NCBI GenBank assembly: GCA_963785305.1
Contig: CAWAUV010000008.1
Span: 1,312,001-1,376,000 of the forward strand
Source of the DNA: an uncultured Planctomycetaceae bacterium
GTDB lineage: Bacteria; Planctomycetota; Planctomycetia; Pirellulales; PALSA-1355
Direction: 5' to 3'
Length of the DNA stretch: 64,000 nt
A program made the position numbers and the translations under genes. Each line of letters opens with the position of its first letter. The first letter of the stretch is position 1. Shown here piece by piece: positions 41,252-50,651 of this stretch. The notes beneath the pieces are model-generated. The model was not told the DNA's origin and did not search any database. It saw only the letters and a list, made by a program, of their open reading frames with translations.

Positions 41252-42274
41252 ATGTACCGCCTTGCCGACAATCTGGCCGATCCGCCGCTGCCGCTGCTAG
41301 TGACCGGCGTGGCGGGCGTGCCCGGCTACAATGCGCTGGAGTATTTCAGCGCCCGCTATCCGGGCCGCGTGATCGGCATTCGCCAGAAAGACAACTGGCG
41401 GCTCGTCGGGCCAAACATCGTGGCATGCGACGCCGAGGATCGCGAGGCCCTGGGCCGACTGTTCGCCGAGCACCGCTTCGCCTCGGTGCTCAATGCCGCG
41501 GGAAGCTGCGCGCTAAAGAGCTGCGAACTCGATCCGGCCATGGCTTGGCGAATCAATGTCGAGGGCATCGCCAACTTGCTCGAATTCGTCGCCGAGTATC
41601 GCGCCCGACTCGTGCACCTTTCGGTCGATCTCGTGTTTTCGGGCGAGGGCCGGGGCGGGCTGCTGGAGACCGACGCGGTGTCGCCGGTGACGGTCTATGG
41701 CAAGACAATGGTGGCGGCCGAGGAGGTGATTGCGAGCCGTTTTCCCTCGGGCGCCATGCTGCGTATATCGCTGCCGATGGGCGTGAGCTTCAATGGCCAC
41801 GCCGGCGCGATCGACTGGATCCAATCACGATTCAAGAAGCACAAGCCGGCCACGCTGTTTCTCGACGAAATCCGCACCCCGACCTACACCGATTGCCTGA
41901 ATTGTCTCTATGCCGCCGTGCTGGCGAGCGATCTGGCCGGCCTTTACCACGCGGGGGGACCGCGCCGACTGAGTCTGTTTCAAGTGGCGCAGATCGTGAA
42001 TCGCGTGGGCGGCTACGACCCTCGCCATTTGCAGAGCCGGCGCCGCGCCGAAGCCGGTCCGATGCCGCCGCGGGCGGGCGATGTGTCGATGGACTCGAGC
42101 CGGCTTCGCCAAGCGCTCGGCTTCGAGCCATTTCATCCCTGGCCCTATGACGAGCGGTTCATGCCGACTGATGCCGAGTGGCATTTCGATCGGTCGAGCG
42201 ACTGGCAAGGCTCGCCGGAGATGCTCCAAGCGGTGCTATGCCAGAATCCACTGCGAAGATTGGCGATCCGCTGA
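41252..42274 (+). CDS. RmlD-like extended SDR (sugar-nucleotide reductase)
   Basis: LVTGVAGVPG, LVHLSVDLVFSG, YGKTM, LFLDEIRTPTY. Confidence 0.82.
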   Translation: MYRLADNLADPPLPLLVTGVAGVPGYNALEYFSARYPGRVIGIRQKDNWRLVGPNIVACDAEDREALGRLFAEHRFASVLNAAGSCALKSCELDPAMAWRINVEGIANLLEFVAEYRARLVHLSVDLVFSGEGRGGLLETDAVSPVTVYGKTMVAAEEVIASRFPSGAMLRISLPMGVSFNGHAGAIDWIQSRFKKHKPATLFLDEIRTPTYTDCLNCLYAAVLASDLAGLYHAGGPRRLSLFQVAQIVNRVGGYDPRHLQSRRRAEAGPMPPRAGDVSMDSSRLRQALGFEPFHPWPYDERFMPTDAEWHFDRSSDWQGSPEMLQAVLCQNPLRRLAIR

Positions 42275-42278
42275 TCCA

Positions 42279-42307
42279 GTAGCCTGTTGAAATATTCAAC
42301 AGGCTGC
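42279..42307. repeat. Minimal family A palindrome
   Basis: AGCCTGTTGAAATATTCAACAGGCT, just after a stop codon. Confidence 0.75.
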
Positions 42308-42450
42308 GCCGCCGGCATGGGGGGGTGGGGGGGTGGTTGCATTGGCGCCAACGATCTTTTGTAATGAGCCAAGGCGGCCCGCTGCTCCCAGGGGCGGGCC
42401 GCATAAAATAGTGTTTTGCTGGCTTGGATGTGGCTTGGAAATCCAAGTGG

Positions 42451-42466
42451 CGGCGCCGATTTTGCT
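42451..42466 (+). promoter_or_regulatory. Sigma-54 motif upstream of the DksA/TraR gene
   Basis: CGGCGCCGATTTTGCT. Confidence 0.6.
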
Positions 42467-42534
42467 GTCCGTGGGCGATCCCTTGGTTCTGCCCCCCAAG
42501 TGCATCGAACAGCCCCTTTTGCGTGGAATTGGAG

Positions 42535-42902
42535 ATGATTGCCGTGGATCCGAAAGTGCTCGAAGATTGCAAGCAACAGCTTTATGAACTGCGCGAGCGT
42601 TTGACGACGGAGGTTCACAGCGGCGAGTTGTCGATTTTAGAAGCGGCGCAAACGACCGGCGAGGGCTCGCACCTGCCGACCCATGCGGCGGATCACGATA
42701 GCGGCGCCGTGGAAAGCAATGTGGCGACGACCCAGCAACAGGCCCAAATGCTGCAAGCGGTCGACGCGGTGCTGGCCCGCGTGGCGGCCGGGAACTACGG
42801 CCTATGCGAGTCCTGCGATGGCCGCATCGCGCCCTACGGCTGGAGGCGATTCCTTACACTCCCTACTGCTTCGACTGCGCCACCAAATCCGAGGGCGAGT
42901 AA
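42535..42902 (+). CDS. TraR/DksA C4 zinc-finger protein (frameshift near 42833)
   Basis: PTHAAD, GNYGLCESCDGRI, then in the shifted frame RLEAIPYTPYCFDCA..GE*. Confidence 0.85.
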
Positions 42903-43302
42903 CGGCGCTGGCGTGGCCCCGCGTGCCCTGGCGGCCGGTTGGATATTTCAACAGATGCTGGAGCTCGGGCGCCGAAGAGGCTTCGCGGCAATCACTTGAG
43001 GCGACCGCGGGAAGAGAGTTCGCTCGCGGCCGGGGCTAGCGGCCTGTTGCTAGCGAACCGCTTTTCGCCCCGCGCGGGCACCTTTGCGGGAATATTTCCG
43101 CGCTCGGGCGACGAATACTGCCCAGGAGCCGGTTCGGCGCGAACCCCCGGGCGGCGAAAAAAACCAAAAATGAGCGGCGCCAACCTCGCCATCGCGGGGT
43201 TTGAAATCGATGGGCGGTGCGCCGCGAGGCCCCGCGCTGCTGGCCCGAGCGGGCGATGCGTGCATTTCGTCGCCGAAGCGTCTATATTGAAGTTTCACCT
43301 TC

Positions 43303-43374
43303 TCTGGCATCGATCCGGATTCAGGCATCCACGCGTGCTCTGGTATCCCATGGTGCTCTGGCATCGAACGGGGC
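43303..43374 (+). repeat. Four 18-bp-period repeats with core TCTGGCATC
   Basis: Cores start at 43303, 43321, 43339 and 43357. Confidence 0.7.
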
Positions 43375-43413
43375 AACCCAGCTCAATTCATTCTCTTGTT
43401 AGGAGTTGGCGGC

Positions 43414-45249
43414 ATGACGTACTCGAGCGCTTCGCTGGACTTGGCGCGTGAACCGCGCCGATTGGTTTCAGGGGTCCTTGCCGCAATGGTGGCTCTCGGC
43501 GCGATCGCGCCGCTCGGGGCCAGTGTTGGACAAGCCGCCGAGAAGTCGAGCAAATCGACGACGACGAAGTCCTCGACGGGAGCATCGGGCGGCGCCTCGA
43601 AGCTCACCGCCGCGCGCAGCGAATCGTCGCGCTCGAAAAGTAAGTTGGGGGCGTCGGCCAATTCCTACAACATTCCGCAGGTCGACTTCATCAATCAGCA
43701 GATTCGCCAGGGCTGGACTTCCCACGAGCTCACGCCGGCCCCTCCGGCTACCGACGGCGAATGGTGCCGCCGCCTGTTTCTCGACGTGATCGGCCGGCTG
43801 CCGACCGTGACCGAGCTCGACAAGTTCTTGGCCGACAAGTCGCCCGACAAGCGAAAGAAACTGGTCGATGACCTTTTGGGCGAGGACTATATCGAGGAGT
43901 ATGCCCGGAACTGGACCACCATTTGGACCAACACCCTGATCGGTCGCACCGGCGGCACCGAGCGCCGCACGATGATCAATCGGGTTGGCATGCAGCAAGC
44001 CCTTCGCAATGGGTTTCAGCGCGATCTGACTTACGACAAGATGGCCTACAACCTGATCTCGGCCGAAGGCGTCGGCAAGCCGGGCGAGAAAGGCTACAAC
44101 GGTTATGTCAACTTCCTGGTCGGCAATCTGGCGGACAATGCGGTCGAGGCCACGGCCCGCACCTCGCAAATCTTCCTCGGTTTGCAAATTCGCTGCACGC
44201 AGTGCCACAACCATCCGTTCAACGAATGGAAGCAGAATCAGTTCTGGGAAATGAACGCCTTCTTCCGTCAGACGAAGGCCAAGAAGCTTTCGGACCGCGA
44301 CGATCGCGGCGAGCTGGTGAATTCGGAACTGCGGAACAAGGATTTCGACGGCGAGGACAATCGGCCGCAAGAGGCCGTGCTCTTCTACGAGCTGCGCAAC
44401 GGCCTGACGAAAGCCGCCTACCCGGTCTTTGTCGATGGCACGAAGCTCTCGAGCGACAGCGGCTACTTGCGCGATGTCGATCGCCGCAAGGAACTCGCCC
44501 GAATGATCGTCAGTTCCGACTACTTCCCCCAGGCGATCGTGAATCGAATGTGGGCCCACTTCATGGGCTATGGCTTCACGAAGCCGATCGACGACATGGG
44601 CCCGCACAATCCGCCCACGCATCCCGAATTGCTCTCGACCCTGGGCGCCGACTTCAAGAAAGCGAGCTTCGATCTCAAGCAATTGATTCGTTGGATCGCG
44701 CTGAGCGAGCCCTATGCGCTTTCGAGCCACTTCAACGATCGCAACAAGGCCGACGATCCCTCGCTCGGCGAAAAGCCGATGTTTAGCCACTTCTACCTGC
44801 GTCAGATGGGCGCCGAGGAGCTTTATCAATCGCTGCTCACCGCCACCGAAGCCGACAAGAGCAAGGGCAACTTCGAGGAGCAAGAGAAGGTCAAGAACGA
44901 ATGGCTCAAGCAGTTCAACACCGCCTTCGGCACCGATGAAGGCGATGAGGCCACGACCTTCAATGGCACCATTCCCCAAGTGCTCATGATGATGAACGGC
45001 GACCTCACGAAGAACGCCGTGGGTATCGATAAGGGCGGCTTCCTCCACAATGTGGCGGTCAACGGTAAACTGAACAACGGCGGCAAGATCGACTACTTGT
45101 TCGAGGCTGGCTTGGCCCGAAAGCCGACCAATAGCGAGATCGCCAAGGCCAACGAACTGCTTACGCTCCGCAACGGCAACGCGCTCGCGGTGCTCCAAGA
45201 TGTCTGGTGGGCGATCTTGAACTCGAACGAGTTCATCCTCAACCACTGA
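43414..45249 (+). CDS. DUF1549/DUF1553 (PSD1) planctomycete protein
   Basis: WCRRLFLDVIGRLP, IFLGLQIRCTQCHNHPF, IVNRMWAHFMGYG, NPPTHPELL, WAILNSNEFILNH. Confidence 0.92.
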   Translation: MTYSSASLDLAREPRRLVSGVLAAMVALGAIAPLGASVGQAAEKSSKSTTTKSSTGASGGASKLTAARSESSRSKSKLGASANSYNIPQVDFINQQIRQGWTSHELTPAPPATDGEWCRRLFLDVIGRLPTVTELDKFLADKSPDKRKKLVDDLLGEDYIEEYARNWTTIWTNTLIGRTGGTERRTMINRVGMQQALRNGFQRDLTYDKMAYNLISAEGVGKPGEKGYNGYVNFLVGNLADNAVEATARTSQIFLGLQIRCTQCHNHPFNEWKQNQFWEMNAFFRQTKAKKLSDRDDRGELVNSELRNKDFDGEDNRPQEAVLFYELRNGLTKAAYPVFVDGTKLSSDSGYLRDVDRRKELARMIVSSDYFPQAIVNRMWAHFMGYGFTKPIDDMGPHNPPTHPELLSTLGADFKKASFDLKQLIRWIALSEPYALSSHFNDRNKADDPSLGEKPMFSHFYLRQMGAEELYQSLLTATEADKSKGNFEEQEKVKNEWLKQFNTAFGTDEGDEATTFNGTIPQVLMMMNGDLTKNAVGIDKGGFLHNVAVNGKLNNGGKIDYLFEAGLARKPTNSEIAKANELLTLRNGNALAVLQDVWWAILNSNEFILNH

Positions 45250-45280
45250 CGAAGGCTCGCGGCAAACTTCGCGAGCAAGA

Positions 45281-45339
45281 TTTTACCGGGCCTGTTTTTA
45301 CCGGGCCTGTTTTTACCGGGCCTGTTTTTACCGGGCCTG
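45281..45339. repeat. Tandem repeat, 4 x 15 bp TTTTACCGGGCCTGT
   Basis: Read directly from the sequence. Confidence 0.9.
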
Positions 45340-45348
45340 ATTTCATCG

Positions 45349-45393
45349 AGCACGGGCGTCGGCCGAATTCGCGGCGACGCCCGTGCTTTTTTT
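45349..45393 (+). terminator. Intrinsic terminator
   Basis: AGCACGGGCGTCG/CGACGCCCGTGCT stem followed by a T-run. Confidence 0.8.
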
Positions 45394-46691
45394 CATGCTT
45401 CGAACTCGCGATACTCGGCCACGCACGGCGCCGCGTAGGCCACCCGCGCCAAGCGCCGCTTGGGCATGAATTGTAGCGAAGCCACCGTCGACCACACGAG
45501 CCCATGCACGCAAGGCGTGTATTCATCGGCCCGGCCCGCGGGACCATGATCGGCGAGCAAGTCGCGCAGCTCATCGGGCCCGAACTGCCCGCCGGCGGCG
45601 AGTAGCTCGGCCAATCGGGCATCGCGCCGCTCGGGCGATTCATGCAAGCGCCGCCCGCGAAGCACCGCCGGGGCGCCGGTGGCGTAGATCGCGTTGGGCG
45701 GAATTTGCACCTCTCGAAGATGCTCGCTCGCGAACGCGTTGGTATGAAAGATATAATCCTCGCCGGGGTTGGGACGCCGCAGATGGCTGCGCGTGTTCGA
45801 TAGTTCGAGCGACGCGATATCGCCCTCGGCGTCGGCGAGCATCAAGAGCGCCCCGCCGGTGCGGCTGCGATTCGAAATCTGGTCGGCCGCTTCCGCCGTG
45901 GTGCGACACCCCGCCAGCGCCTCGGCGATGCGCACCGAGATCGGCGGCGCCGGGCGCGCGGGCCGATCGATCGCGTAGGCATAGTCGTAGGTAATGACGA
46001 GCCCGTGCTCATTGATCCCGTCGAGCGCGCCCACTTGCGGGGCGGTGGTGAAGTCGAGCGAACGCGCGCCGGCCAGCGGTCGGGTCGAACGCAAAATAAA
46101 AAACGGCCGCACTTGCGGAAGGTAATCGAAATTGCGAGCCACCAACGGCTCACCGCCCGGCGAGCGACTTCCACGCACCGCCACGGCCGAACAACCCATC
46201 GGCGCCACCGGAGGCGCTTCCTCGCGCGGCGAGTTTCCACTTCGCCGCGCCGTGCAACCCGACATCGAGGAGAGGATTGGCTCGATCGCGTTGATCATGA
46301 GCAGCGCCGCCGGCCGCAGTCCCGAGCCGCGGCTGATGCCCGCGAGCCGCAGCGCGGCGTCCGGCGACTCGGCCAGCGCGGCGGTCAGGTAGCGGGCAGC
46401 CCGGCGCTCCGCGATGCGCAGAAACATCCAAAACGGCATCCAGCGCGGCTTGCGAGCGAGGAAACTTTCGAGCTCGCCGAGCGAGCCATAGCCCTTGCGA
46501 ATATTCTCGCGGAGCGCCTCGCCCTGGGCCAAACCCATGCTGAACGGGTCGCCCGCGCACACCACGGCGATGCGCGGCGAATGGTCCGAGTCGTTCGAGC
46601 TCATCGCGTTGACCGAGTCGGCCGCCTTAACCGAGTCGCTCGGTGGCGGAGAGCTCGCGGCGTCTTGGCTCGCCGTGCGCGGGCTTGTCAT
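45393..46691 (-). CDS. C45-family Ntn-hydrolase (acyltransferase/peptidase)
   Basis: MG-CSAVAV autoprocessing site, ARNFDY, DGINEHGL, FHTNAF. ATGA overlap with the upstream gene. Confidence 0.82.
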   Translation of the reverse strand: MTSPRTASQDAASSPPPSDSVKAADSVNAMSSNDSDHSPRIAVVCAGDPFSMGLAQGEALRENIRKGYGSLGELESFLARKPRWMPFWMFLRIAERRAARYLTAALAESPDAALRLAGISRGSGLRPAALLMINAIEPILSSMSGCTARRSGNSPREEAPPVAPMGCSAVAVRGSRSPGGEPLVARNFDYLPQVRPFFILRSTRPLAGARSLDFTTAPQVGALDGINEHGLVITYDYAYAIDRPARPAPPISVRIAEALAGCRTTAEAADQISNRSRTGGALLMLADAEGDIASLELSNTRSHLRRPNPGEDYIFHTNAFASEHLREVQIPPNAIYATGAPAVLRGRRLHESPERRDARLAELLAAGGQFGPDELRDLLADHGPAGRADEYTPCVHGLVWSTVASLQFMPKRRLARVAYAAPCVAEYREFEA

Positions 46692-47548
46692 CCGTGACCG
46701 TGCTCCGCGGCCGAGCCGATGCGGCAATGCTCGAGCACGGCTTGGGCCGCCGCGACATAGCTGACATAGAACGGCCCGAACTCGGCATAGCGGGCACTCG
46801 CCTCGTCGAACCGCATTTTGTAGACGATCTCCTTGAGGAACTCGGGGTTGCGCGCCCAGAGCGTGACACCCCACTCCCAATCGTCGAATCCGAGGGCGAC
46901 CGTAATGAGCTGCGTCACGCGACCGCCAAACGTCATGCCGGTGCGGCCGTGTTCGGCCATGAGCTTCGAGCGATCGGCGAAGGGCAGCAAAAACCAGTTC
47001 TCGCCGACTTCGCGTTTCTTGTTCATTGGATAAAAACAGGTCGACGGCCAGGGCGGCAAGTCGGGCGTGAGCCGCTGCACGCGCATCATCGTTTCGCGCG
47101 ATTCATAGGCCTTGAGCTTGGCCCGATACGCCGGGCCGGCCGGGTCCTCGCCCTCGGCCACGAGCCGCTCGCCGTATTGCTCGAGCGTCGGCACATATTC
47201 CGAAACTTCGGTGATCGACACGAAGGAATAGGTCGGCTCGAGCGCCGCGCCGAGCGGGCCGGCCATGAGCCGCTGATGCACGGCCGAAATCTTGAGCGGA
47301 TCGGCGTCGAGCAGCGTGAGTCCGAAGTCGGCTTTGTGGCCGCTGACGATCGATGTTTGCAATCGCGCGGGCCCGTGAGTCGCGGCCGGATCGAGAGTCG
47401 CGATGAAGGCTTGCCGCCCTTCGGCGAGCTCGGTGGCCGATAGGTCCTTGAGCGCGGCGCGGTTGAAGCGGTAGTAGAGATGCGAGCAGTGCCAACCTTC
47501 GCTGGGAATGAGCGACACTTCGGCCGATGGGCCGCCATGCTGGGTCAT
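46688..47548 (-). CDS. hemQ: Coproheme decarboxylase / chlorite-dismutase family (HemQ/ChdC)
   Basis: EGWHCSH, GHKADF, CFYPMNKKR...NW, LMAEHG, GFDDWEWGVTL, YKMRFDEASARYAEFGPFY. Confidence 0.85.
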   Translation of the reverse strand: MTQHGGPSAEVSLIPSEGWHCSHLYYRFNRAALKDLSATELAEGRQAFIATLDPAATHGPARLQTSIVSGHKADFGLTLLDADPLKISAVHQRLMAGPLGAALEPTYSFVSITEVSEYVPTLEQYGERLVAEGEDPAGPAYRAKLKAYESRETMMRVQRLTPDLPPWPSTCFYPMNKKREVGENWFLLPFADRSKLMAEHGRTGMTFGGRVTQLITVALGFDDWEWGVTLWARNPEFLKEIVYKMRFDEASARYAEFGPFYVSYVAAAQAVLEHCRIGSAAEHGHG

Positions 47549-47717
47549 GCGAGAAGTTCTTTCGTCAAACCAAGACACGTTTTCGGCGTCGGCCGACTTC
47601 CGACCTCTCGCCGCCGAGCCGCAGTCCGGCCCGAGCCGTCAGAGTATCATGCCCGACGCGATTTTGCACGGCCCGCGAGCTGGCTCGTCAGTCGGGTAGC
47701 GGACCTGCGACGCCTGC

Positions 47718-50314
47718 TCAGATCGGCCCCAGGGGTCTTGTGCTGAGGGCTTGCTCGAGCGCTTTTTTCTGCTCCGCCGAGCCGCGGAAACGCTTTGCCG
47801 GGCCAGTGCGCAGGGAGAACATTTGCCGGTAGATGCTCTTGCGGGCATCGTATTTGGGCACGAAGCCGGCCAAGTATTGGAGCCGGAGGTTGCCGTCGCG
47901 ATTGATCTCGGCGTCGGCGAGCCAGGTCCGATAGTCGTCGGCGTCGCCGGCATAGGTGGCCAAGAGGTCGATTTCCGAATCGAAGCCGACCTGTTCGAGA
48001 TAAAACATTTTGAACAGCCGGTCGTCGCCTTGCATTCTTTGGGTCACCGCGCGCATGTCGACCTCGAGCGGCTCGAGCGAGCCGAGCAGCACCACATCGT
48101 AGCCATCGCCGCCCTTGGTGTTGAACCAGACCGTGGCATGGGGAAACACGCGGAAAAAGGTGGCGATCTCGCTCTTCACCGTGTCCACATTGCTCTCATA
48201 GAGCGGAACCCACTGGGTGACCAGTCCGCCCGGATTCAGATGCTCGCGCACTTGCTGGAAGTATTCCTCGGTGTAGAGCGTGGCGGCGCCTTTCACATAG
48301 GGATGGATCGGGTCGGAGGTGATGATGTCGAACTTTTCGCGCGTCGTGAGCACATAGTGCCGCGCGTCGTCGTACACGACTTCCACATGTGGGTCATGGA
48401 GCACATCGAGATTGAAATCGGAAAACAACGGTCCGACGAACTTCGGGATCAGCGGTTCGATCTCGCAGATCACGAGTCGATCGACACTGAGATAAGGCAA
48501 GAACGAACCGGCCGTCACGCCGGCGCCAAAGCCCACGACCAGCACCGAACGCGGCTCGGGATGCAAGATCGCGGGGATATTGGCGAGCATGCGCTCGAGT
48601 CGCATATCGGCCAGATTGCTCGAAGCCTCGGTCTTGCCGGCCACGTGAAACTGAATCACATCGCGCAGCCGCGAGACGGCGATCGAGGAGTTCGTGCCCT
48701 CGCCGCGATAGATCTCCTCGACGCCCATGCCGCGCGTGATATGCGCCTCGCGCCCATAGGCGATCAATTCGAACGGAACCGGCTCGATCCGGCGGCCCAG
48801 CCAAAATAGGCCCCCGAGCGCCGCGGCAAGCAGACCGATGGCCGCGCCGGAGCCCATGACGCGCGGCCAGTTAAACCCCCGCGCGGACCATCGCCACAAT
48901 CCAGGCGCCAGGGCCGCGAGCGCTCCGAGTCCGGAGAGAGCGATCAAGATTTGTTCGGTATGTTGTGTTCCCATCCAAGGAATCAGCACGAGGCTCGTGG
49001 CGAGCGCGCCCGCGATGGCGCCGATCGTGTTGGCGGCATACACACCGCCGATCAATCGCCCGCCATCGACCGCGGGCCCTTCGACTGGCGAGGTTCCGTC
49101 GACCGCCGAGGGGCCTCGGCGACAAGCGTCGGCGCGGCGCGCGGCAATGGCGGCGATCGCCAGCGGAAAACTGGCGCCCCACAGAATCGCGGCCGGCAGT
49201 ATCGCTCCCGCGGCGCGGGCCAAGTCGAGCGAAAAGGTCGCCCAGGGATTCTCGACCGGACCGGGCGCCGCCGGAAACCAGGCAAACGCGGTCGCAAGCG
49301 AAGAGACGGTCCAAAAAATCGTCGGCCCGAGCAAAAGCTGACACATGCCGAGGGCCAATGCCGGTCGCCGCATCAGCCGAGCCACCACCGCGCCGATGCT
49401 TCCGCCCAGCCCAATGCCGCCGAGAAACACCGCGAGGATGATCGAGAATGTGTAGGTCGTGCCCCCGAAGGTGAGCGAAAACAGCCGCGTCCACACCACT
49501 TCGGCCGCCAGAGCGCTCGCGCCGGAAAAGGCGGTCGCCAGATAGAGCGGCCACGCGGGAACGGCGGCGCAGGCCCCGCGGCGAAGACGGCGCCATCGAA
49601 GACAATCTCTCGCTCATGAGCGGGGCCCCATCGGGCTCGGCGCCGCGCATGCGCGGCGGCAATGTCTTGGCAAGCAAGAATGCAGCGGTCGCAATCGCGA
49701 AGTTGATCGCCGCCGCGACAAAGGTGGCGGTGGCCAAATCGTATACCCGGAGCAGATAGAATCCGGCGAGGAGGCAACCGGCGACGGCGCCAAGCGTGTT
49801 GCCGCCATAGAAGAATCCCAGCCAGGAAACGCCGCGCAGCGTCGCGCCGACCCAGCGGGCAATGGCCGGCAATGTGGCGCCCATGAGCATGGCCGGCGGC
49901 GCTAGGCATACCGCGCACACGCGCCGCGCACAGCGCAATCTCATGCGGCCCGTGTCCGGCGATGTGGATGTATCCGCGGCCCAACCATGGCACGCCGTGG
50001 AGCACGGCGATCGCCGCCGCGCCGATCCCGCATTCGAGCAGGGCATATACTCGCAGGGGATGTCGCTCGCTGGCGACGAGGCGCGGCAGGAGCAAGCTCC
50101 CCAGACACATGCCGCCCATGAAAGCGCCGAGCAGCAGCCCGAGCGAGAGCGCCGTCGAGCCGATCACGAGTTGCAACATTTGAAACCAAACGATTTCGTC
50201 GATCAGCGCCGCCGCGCCGCTGGCGACAAACAGCAAGAGCACGATGGGCGTCGCCCAGCGGGGAGGATTGCGCAACATGGGAACGGGCCGGGGCAAGGCT
50301 TGCGAATCGCTCAT
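47718..50314 (-). CDS. Fused membrane-domain / spermidine-synthase-like methyltransferase (2 frameshifts)
   Basis: SGAAALIDEIVW, YGGNTLGA, VYAANTIGA, VLVVGFGAGVT, CEIEP, DDARHY, FDIITSDP, LNPGG. Confidence 0.85.
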
Positions 50315-50403
50315 CCGAATCGTTTCCTGATGGCAGGCTTGCGGGCAGCGGCGTATTTCCAATCACAACCCGAAACGTAAGTGAGGGCGGATAAAGCGAT
50401 TTA

Positions 50404-50482
50404 CAGCCTATCCGAAAACTTCGTCGAGCCCTTGCCCTGCCCGCTCCCCAACAGAGAGCGGGGAGAATGGCCGGATAGGCTC
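50404..50482. repeat. Family B MITE copy, TTA-flanked
   Basis: TTA-CAGCCTATCCG...CGGATAGGCTC-TTA. Confidence 0.8.
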
Positions 50483-50651
50483 TTAACGCCGGCTACGTGA
50501 AACTGGCGATCGAAACCGCTTCCGGCGCCGCTGGCCGGATAGGAAACTATACGCCATCGCACGGCGCCGGACCGAGCGAATTCGCCGGTTTTGTGGGGTC
50601 ATTCCCGTGGAATGTCGCTGGAAATCCCCGGCCCGGCGTGATGACCGCATT

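Noticed and set aside
43303..45339. 18-bp and 15-bp repeat arrays as CRISPR
   Set aside because: Units are too short, there are no 25-45 bp unique spacers and no cas genes.
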